Positions 55,440-64,000 of a stretch of DNA of 64,000 nt are shown piece by piece. Each line of letters starts with the position of its first letter. Within the stretch, counting starts at the first letter, position 1. The position numbers and the translations under genes were made by a program. The stretch is from Schizochytrium sp. TIO01 (Eukaryota > Protista > Bigyra: Labyrinthulomycetes). Below the pieces are notes generated by a model. That model ran no database searches and had not been told where the DNA came from. It saw nothing but the letters and a program-made list of their open reading frames with translations. The stretch covers positions 310,001 through 374,000 of the forward strand of contig SMSO01000036.1 of the NCBI GenBank assembly GCA_004764695.1. Reading direction: 5' to 3'.

Positions 55440-55640
55440 CACAAACAAACATACAAACAAACAAACAAACAAACAAACAAACATACAAACAAACAAACAA
55501 ACAAATGAATGAATGAATGAATGAATGATCGAACGAATGAATGATTGATTGAATGAATAAATAAATAAATAAAGAAAGAAAAAAAGAATGAATAAATAAA
55601 TAAATAATAAATGAAAATAATAATAAAAGAACGAATGAAT
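55440..55640. repeat. (CAAA)n, (GAAT)n and (TAAA)n compound microsatellite
   Basis: Seen directly. Confidence 0.9.
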
Positions 55641-56496
55641 AGATAGATACACCTGCGCTATTCGCCTGAAACGATGCCAAAACGTCTGCCTCCGCTCGGT
55701 TGCGCCACCCACTGACCGTCTCCAAGCCGCCCCTATCCTCTCTCGCGCATAGTCTTCGCGCACTGTCTTGAAGAGGCAATGGACACTTGCTTGTAGACAG
55801 AGCTTCGTCCTATTCTTTTAGATAAATTATCAATAGTTTATGTAGTGTTTTCAGAACCAACTTGTGGGGTTCGAGAAGGCGTATCTTTCTTTCTTTTTCT
55901 CTTTCTCTCTTTTCTTCTTTCTTTCTTTCTTTTCTCTCTTGAGAACAATGGCTTCATACCGCAAAGCAAGCTCCTTCTGCCGCTCCGTTGCCCAATTGCC
56001 TGCTTCCCAGCTTCAGGACTCCTCACTTCACTTCTCAGCTCAGTTCTCGTGCGATTCGCGAAAGCAGCCTCGACTAAACGAAGGAGTGAATGAACGAATG
56101 ACGTCCAAAGAGCCCCTTCGAACCCGCCTTTATTTCCAACCTCCTTTCCACGAGCAAGCGCTGCGCTGTTGTTGTTTTTCAGCCCTTCTTTACTTCTCCT
56201 AAATCGCCACAATCTCAGCATTTTTATTTCATAAAAATAAGAATTAAAACTTAAAATAAACGCCTCAGCTCAGATCTCCCTCTCTCTCTCTCTCTCTCTC
56301 TCATATTGCGCCTTTTGGCAGAATCGCTTCTTACGTAGTTACTCCGTTTTTCTCATAGCCAAAGGCATCGTCGTCAGTCTCCTCAGAGAAGAGCTTAGAC
56401 GTAGTGGCGGCTCTAGTGGCGCTAGCGGCTGCCTAGGCCTTTCTCTTCCCTTGGTACCTGTTGACTGACTGACTGACTGCTCAGCATTGGTGACAG

Positions 56497-56765
56497 ACAT
56501 CGCATCGCATGGCATCGCATGGCATGGCATCGCATGGCATGGCATCGCATCGATTGCCGCCAGATCTCAAAATATCTTATTACTTACTATCTTGTTTGTC
56601 TTCGATGCGGACCGATCGATCGATCGATCGACTCATCAGTCGGATCTTCGACTCTCAGACACTCGTCAAACAAACCATTCCCGCGAGAGAGAGAGAACTC
56701 ATCGCACACGTATATACATACATACATACATACATACATACATACATACATACATAATACATACA
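56497..56765. repeat. (GCATC/GCATG)n and (TACA)n microsatellites
   Basis: Runs at about 56497-56550 and 56712-56765. Confidence 0.85.
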
Positions 56766-57234
56766 CACGCACTCATACACTCAAACATACATCTTAAAAA
56801 ACACGATCTTCCGTCATTCATCCTTCGAAAGCTCAAGTTTTCTTCTCTCTTTCTCTCTCTCTCTCTCTTTCTTTTCTCTTTCTCCTCCTCGCTACGGCTA
56901 CCGCTAACGCCTCCTACGGACCAACTACGTATCCCAGCCAATTCCGCGCATCGCCCACTCCTAAAGACCAGTATAATGTTTACTATAGGGACCAGCGTCT
57001 CCAGTCTCTTTCCCGGCGTGGGCGGATGACGCGAGAGAAGACGCGACCAAGGGGACACGACGCAATGACTGGACTAAGGGTCCGCTAGTTGTTAGTATGT
57101 ATATAAATGGGTTGCGCAGACCGCGGCTGGCCGACTCTAAGGGCGAGAAGCAGGAGTGAAATGGGTTTCACCCGATCGATGATGGTTCCTGATTCCTGAT
57201 TCCTGATTCCTGATTAGGTGATATGGTGTACTTA

Positions 57235-57650
57235 GTTTGTTTATGGTTTGTTTGTTTGTTTGTTTGTTTGTTTGTTTGTTTGTTTATGGTTTGTTTGTTT
57301 GTTGGTTTGTTTATGGTTTGTTTGTTTATGGTTTGTTTATGGTTTGTTTGTTTGTTTGTTTGTTTGTTTGTTTGTTTGTTTGTTTGTTTGTTTGTTTGTT
57401 TGTTTGTTTGTTTGTTTGTTTGTTTGTTTGTTTGTTTGTTTGTTTGTTTGTTTGTTTGTTTGTTTGTTTGTTTGTTTGTTTGTTTGTTTGTTTGTTGGTT
57501 TGTTTATGGTTTGTTTGTTTGTTGGTTTGTTTATGGTTTGTTTGTTTGTTGGTTTGTTTATGGTTTGTTTGTTTATGGTTTGTTTGTTTGTTTGTTTGTT
57601 GGTTGGTTTGTTTGTTTGTTGGTTTGTTTGTTTGTTTATAGTTTGTTTGA
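57235..57650. repeat. Long (TTTG)n array with TTATGG/TTGG variant units
   Basis: About 415 bp; it produces the spurious VCLF ORFs. Confidence 0.95.
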
Positions 57651-60307
57651 AAATGCGTTTTGAAAGATGTGTTTTTGAAGTTGTTTGTTTGTGAATGCGA
57701 TTGTTCCTGGATGGATTATGGGCTTACGGAGTAGTTGTGTTGTTTTTCGACAGAAGTATGGCCATGGCGAGTGCGATCTTCAAGCTGGCGATGGTCCATG
57801 GAGCTTGTTTATGTTTGTCAAGTTTGGATTCACTCGTGATGACAGATACCCGCTGAGGCATTAAAAGGAAGCCAAGAGCGCCCATTCTTCAGTCCGTACA
57901 TATTATGTAAATAACCAACTTATCCATAGCTGCTGTCGCTCGCAGAAGTACTAGTAAGTGTATAAGGGAACCATTCCTTCTTTAGCCGGGCTACCTATAC
58001 CACATGAATTTCGAGTTGAAGTCAGGAGAATGGAGAAGATTTAATTCGATTCATTGTTTTCATTTTAAATAAAAGATAGCCTGTTCATTATTCAGTTTCC
58101 CTTTTCTGCGAGTTGCTTATTATCATTGTTTTTGTAGACTGTACATAGTACGTATGATGTCTGTGAAAACATTTTCTTTTTAATTTAAAATTTTACAAAT
58201 ATTATTTAAAAAATAAATAAAACAAACTATTCAAAAACTATTAAAAATAGCCTTGGACCTCGGAACCCGAGAGCACTTCTCGAACTTTGTACGCCGTGAG
58301 GTACTCTTTATGTACCTATCTATCTATCCCTTTCTGCTGCAAACGACCCGAAAAACGTCTTGGAGATATGCTCGTGCTGCACAGAAGCAGACCCAACCAC
58401 GAAGCTTCCTTCTGACACGCGTGGGTATCTATGCTTCGAATTCCGGCGAGCCGCGCCGCTATCCGAAAGGGAGTTCTTGGCTACTAGTTTTAAGCACCTG
58501 AGCAGCAATCCGAGCACCGGTGATCGAGGGCTGACTTGGGCAGAGCAAATCGCGTGTGACTCTACCGAGGGCTCAGAAGAGGCACCCGCGGACACTGCAA
58601 TCGGTGCCCGCTCGTCGAGGCGGTGCCAGTAACCTTCGTGAGGCAGGCAGTCCCGCCATAGCTAGCTCCGTGTTAGGCTTGCATGAGACATCAGCGCAGG
58701 CCAGGGACCGAGTTCCGCCTTCTTGAGGACCGAGCTTCCCGGTGTTAGCCGCGACGCGACTCGCTAGTTCTTCATGGGCTAGCTTGCAGGCCTCCTTGGT
58801 ATGCCTGTCTTCGCGACGTTGCTCCTCCGCGATGAGTCCGTCTCACTGTCTTGAGCAGCGAAAGCATCAATCATCCTCCGGCGGCCAGATCCCCAAAAAT
58901 CCCAACAGCGTGTGATCGTCAACGGACATCTGCGCAACCCATTCCGCATGATCATGATATCATAGATAGATAGGACCACAGATAGGATCAGTATCACTAT
59001 CTATGTACCCTTCAATCCACAAAACAGATGGCGCAAGCTGCCTCGAGACCTCGCGGCCTCCGACTAAAGGGCGACGGTGGTTGAGGCCGCAGCAGAGAGT
59101 CTCTCGCGAGCCTTGGTGGGGAAGAAGGCGGTGGGTCGGCCTGCAGAAGGAGCAGGCTTAGAGGCCTCTGAGAGTGAGTGCTTTTCACGAGGCGAAGAAA
59201 GAAAGCAATGCAACTGCTTAGCACTCGCTTCGTACTTACTGCCGTGCCACTTACTTACTTACTTACTTACTTACTCATTAACTGACTGGCTAAGTAATTA
59301 ACTAGCTAGCTAAGTAATTGGCTAACTAAAGTAATTAGCTAACTAACTACCGCTGATGATGATGCAAGAAGCATCGTCGCTGGCGTCAGATGAGTGACGC
59401 TTCTTTGTTTTTCTTTGTTTTCCTTTGTTTTTCTTTGGGATTAAGAAAATTGAAAAACACGGTCTAAGAAAAATTGACTACTATCTTATTAGTTAAATTG
59501 TTTTAATTATGGCAGAGAAGGATAACTTCAAGTTAAAAGGATTAATTAAAATGGTAAGAAGAAGAAGAAGAGACGGATTGATAAAAGAGCAGTTGTCACT
59601 CACTTCTTTTTTCCTTGTCTTTTTTTTTCTTTTTCTTTAAATAATGTATTTGTTTGACTGTTTAGTTGTTGTATCTTTTCCACGAAGAAGCAGGAGGAGG
59701 AGGAGGAGGAGGAGGAGAACCATCGTTTCTTTCAAGCGAATTGGAATTGATTCTTCGCACAAGTTCTCCAACAAGGGGCCCAAGATGAAGCGCCCTGCCG
59801 CCTTATCTGCAGAAGAGCGGGGGCCTTGGAATACACACAAGTCCGGCATCGCATTCGCGAGCTCTTTCGAGCCCATTCTTCGAAGATCTCGCTGGTTTTC
59901 CTACAGGTGCACCATTCATTTATTCATTTATGCTCATTTATACTCATTTATGTTCCTTTCTAAGTTATATTCATTCATGAAAAGACCAATTCAATGCCGC
60001 CTCCGTCTGTGCCATTTTCTGCGCCAATAAATGACATCGTTGGTGCCTACTACTATGGCGATTGGTGCTATGGAGAGATGCTGCTACTGCCTCGAAGCTA
60101 CTTCGGTACCTCCTCCATTATACAAAGAGAGCGGTCTAATGAGCACGTGGCTTTGCGCTGCGAAGTCTAAGTTGGCTTCGGAGTCTGCACATTTCGAGGG
60201 CCAAAGTCGCGCTGGCTGGCCACCTGCTTCGAGTCTGCGTGGCCTCTCTTGAGCTTGCTGTCTTGCGGCAGAGCAGGCGCTCCAAAGGATGGCAGAACCC
60301 AAATTGC

Positions 60308-60552
<245 letters not shown>

Positions 60553-60829
60553 GGGAATTTTTTATTCACTTAGAACGTCGCAACCGACTTTGAAGAGAGA
60601 GCAGCACAATGGGAAGGCGAGGCAGAAATTTGAATCAGACAGATAAATCTGTTTTATTATTATTATTATTATTATCTTTTAAAGCTTCATTTCAAAGACG
60701 TGTTAGTTGAAACACCACTTTAAATTGAATTTTGTTTTCCATTTTTAATCAAATTTAAAAAAGAAGAAAGAAAGGAAAAGAGAAGATGGCTTCCCAGCTA
60801 TCGAAAACCCGTCTCTCGAAGCACGACAT

Positions 60830-60906
60830 GATGCAATACATACAATGCAATGCAATGCAATGCGATGCAATGCAATGCAATGCAATGCGATGCAATGCAA
60901 TGCAAT
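60830..60906. repeat. (ATGCA)n microsatellite
   Basis: Seen directly. Confidence 0.9.
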
Positions 60907-62894
60907 GATGCTCTGCCAAGGGTCCGCGGTGGCGATCTCGATGGCGGGTGTGGCGTCGCAGCCCTTCAGGAGGTTCGCCGCAAAGAAAGTCCGCGTCGTC
61001 CCATTTTCTTCCCTCTCGTCAATAAACAGCTTCGAACCGAAGAAGATAACGACAAACAGCAGAATCGGCGGTTAACTCTTCAATAACCAACCAACCAACC
61101 AACTCACTCTCAATCAATCAATCAATCCCTCCCTTCTTGGACCTTCAATCGATCAAAACTCTGCCCAACTCGCTTCACTGCTGTCTCCTCTTCCATGAGG
61201 GTTCAACGGCAGAGGCGTTGGTTGATCTGTCCATCTCTATCTCTCCACAACGTTCTGTATCCCTTAGAGATCTCTTCGGTTCTGCAGTTCTACGAAAGAA
61301 GAAGAAGAAGAAGCTGTCGCTGAAGACGACGATGACGCCGTCGATGCGCTTGGATGGACTTGGACACGCCTGCGAAGCGGAACGCAGCGCGGCCGCCCAA
61401 TGCGGGTTTGCCGGAGAGCCAAGCGGCCAGGGATCCTCGAGTGGGCCGCAGCGCGAGAAAGAACCGGAAAGGCGCTTCGGCTCAAGGAGAGAGGAGAGCA
61501 GGTACGGCAGAACTATGAATGAGCAGATGGATGTGAAGAAGAGTCCTGGTGGAGGCCAAGAAGAGACGCGGCGCATTCTTCACGAGTGATCAGGTGTGCG
61601 CGGGTGGGAAAAGGCAATGCGAAACCAAGGCGAGTTGACCTCGAGCTGTGCGGGGTCTGCTCCTCCAAGCAAGTTGTGGAGAAGAAGAAGAAGAAGAAGA
61701 AGAACAAGAAGATGGAGCAAAGGCTTCGGCTTCGTTCGAGCTAGTCTGCGCTGGTTTTACCTTCGCGGGAGTGAATTTTCGTATGGCTTCGCGGTGCTCA
61801 TATCCCTTCATGATTTGTTGTTTCCTGTACCAGACCACAACAACGAAGGCGGGAGCATCGCTGTATCGTTTATCCTCTGCAGGTAAATCTTATACCGTAG
61901 AATCGCCAGAGTTTGGCTCGTTCAACTAACTTGGGTTTGATGTGAGAAACCAACTCGAATGTAGACTCTTCCTCATCGCGAATACTGCGTTCGCTCCTTC
62001 GAGAGGCCGTTTTCCATCTCGGACGAGGTTGTTCGCAATCAAGGCGAGCTTACTTTCGCGCTCTGCAGGTCCCATTCCAAAAACGATATTTCAAGCCGAC
62101 GGTTGCGTCATCCGAGAGAGCCAAGGTAATCTTGGCATTCGCAAATGCAGAGTCCCATGGGCCGTGGGCATTCTCAATCGAGAAGTTCCCTCGACCCAAG
62201 CCAGTCTGCATTTGCCCACAAACGCATTCATTCATTACCTAACAGCTCAGCAAAACGTTGCTGTTTGGAGTATCTATCTGATCCCCAAAACGAGAAACGA
62301 AACACTGGACCTCCCTCATTCCCATTCCACGAGAACCTGTGCTTCTATTTGATTGATCGCAACTCCTTGCCCAATACGACGCGCATCAGCTCATTGACTC
62401 CAGCATTGCGCATATTGCGTTCCGCAAATTCTGTACAATCAACCGTTCGAGTGCCTATTCCTGTGAGATCTCACAAACACTTGAATCTCCCTTTCTCTTC
62501 CCTGTATTTACTTCTATCTTAAAGTGAAAATAAACGTTTACTTTTTTTCGTAGCATTAAAAAAAAAGTGATCTTAAATTTTGTTTTATTTTAAGCTTTTA
62601 AAATTAAATTAAAATTAAAGTTTTAAAGGGGAATGCAGTTAACAAATTGCTACATATGTATATCGTATATATGTACTTGCTCGTCCTCCAAATTGGAGAC
62701 TGCCGTCTCTTTCATGGACCCGTCTGTCTCTTCTGCGTGTCATAAAGCGACTTTGGAACTCGAGGGCCGAATAAGAACTTTCGGCCGCGAATCGAAACGG
62801 CGGAGGATGACGACGTTTTGGATCAAGGATGATGCTGCGCCTCATACTCTGCGCAGTACCTGTCTGTCTACAGCGCCACTTTCTTTGACTTCTT

Positions 62895-63003
62895 CATTCA
62901 TTTATATCCATTTATATCCATTTATATCCATTGATGTTCATTGTATTCATTGATATTCATTGATATTCATTCGTATTCATTTGTATTCATTCGTTCATTC
63001 ATT
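62895..63003. repeat. Degenerate 9-10-bp minisatellite (CATTTATATC / CATTGATATT)
   Basis: About 10 diverging units. Confidence 0.8.
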
Positions 63004-64000
63004 TGGCGCATCTTCGTAACTGGGGATCAGAAGGAGAAGGAGAAGGAGGAGAGAAGATATTCGCCTTCAGAACTGCACAGTTGATCGCTGGTGAAACCCA
63101 TTACACGCGCTGGCGTCATCGCACCTCGCAGTTTCGGGATCCCAGCGACGGCCTGGTCATAGAACTTCTGGCACGGAATGGTCATTTGATCGAGCAGCGA
63201 TCTTGAGTCCCGTCGCTTCGAGGTTTTGAGAACCTCACTCACGCTGCTACTAGTAACAACTAGCAGGCCCCTAGACTTTTTTCCCGCTTATTTTCTTCTC
63301 TTCGAAAGACTAAGTAGTATGGTATGTGTTCTTGATTTAATTTATATCTTTCGAGATAGTTCTTTTATTTTAGAAGTTAATTTTAAGATATTTAATTTTG
63401 GTCATTAAAAAACGTTTTCCGAAGGATGCGATGCTTTTGCTGCTCAAGTTTATAGTTTAGTCAGAGAGAGAGGAAACAGTCTCGATACTGGAACTCCTCT
63501 GTGATTGCCAATGATGAATCATATCCTATCGCCATCGCACTGTTTCCCTTGCGATATTGGGCTTCTACCTCGTGCTTTTGCTTTAATGAAGTAAATCACA
63601 CTCTCTTTAATTTAAATATATATTAAAAAAATAAGTGACAGTTATTTTGGTATACATTTTAAGATTTTGATTAAAAAATATATTGAGAGAGGTATGTATA
63701 AAGGCAAAAACGTAGGTATCTGATAAAAATGAAGAAGGAAGTTTTAAAGCCATGAAGTGAATCCAAGCTATCTTTGTAGAGGCGCTATCTTTTTTTTTGG
63801 TAAAGGCCCTTCAAAGTGGCCGCTATAGGACACCAACGCTGCTCATAAAACTCGTCAGCGGGTACAGAGTTGATCGCCCTGTGCAGACATTGCTACGTGC
63901 ACGCGTTGGCATGCTCAGTAATTGACCGCTGCGCTCATCGTTTCGCCTGTATCCGCGAAAAGTAAAAGAAAAGCCCTGCTCAGTCTCACTCTTATTAATT

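Noticed and set aside
57223-57694. VCLF-repeat ORFs
   Set aside because: Translations of the (TTTG)n microsatellite

Overview
Eukaryotic nuclear DNA. The genes are mostly intron-poor and the long intergenic regions are dense in microsatellites; this style and the gene content suggest a stramenopile, probably a thraustochytrid (inference). About 15 protein genes are supported. In order they are: a UBL-plus-membrane protein cut by the left edge (missed by the ORF track), two WRKY19-like C-x4-C-x9-C-x2-HGG repeat proteins, a helical hypothetical protein, a CRIB-RhoGAP, a BAR-like protein, PGAP1/BST1, RPLP2, an ECTF-motif/PH-domain protein split by two frame changes, an A20/AN1 zinc finger, a catalytically inactive SUMF2-type FGE paralog, an EGLN/PHD-type prolyl hydroxylase with one frame change, a PDZ-START-GOLD protein with one inferred intron, a mitochondrial Tim44/mL45-like protein with an inserted WW domain, and a bZIP factor followed by about 10 kb without recognisable genes. 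I found no rRNA, tRNA, CRISPR array, transposase or viral hallmark gene, and no clear novel multi-gene system. The most notable items are the SUMF2-like pseudo-enzyme placed head-to-head with the PHD-like oxygenase, three single-base frame breaks at G runs, unusual domain architectures, and a non-canonical ribosomal P-stalk C-terminus.
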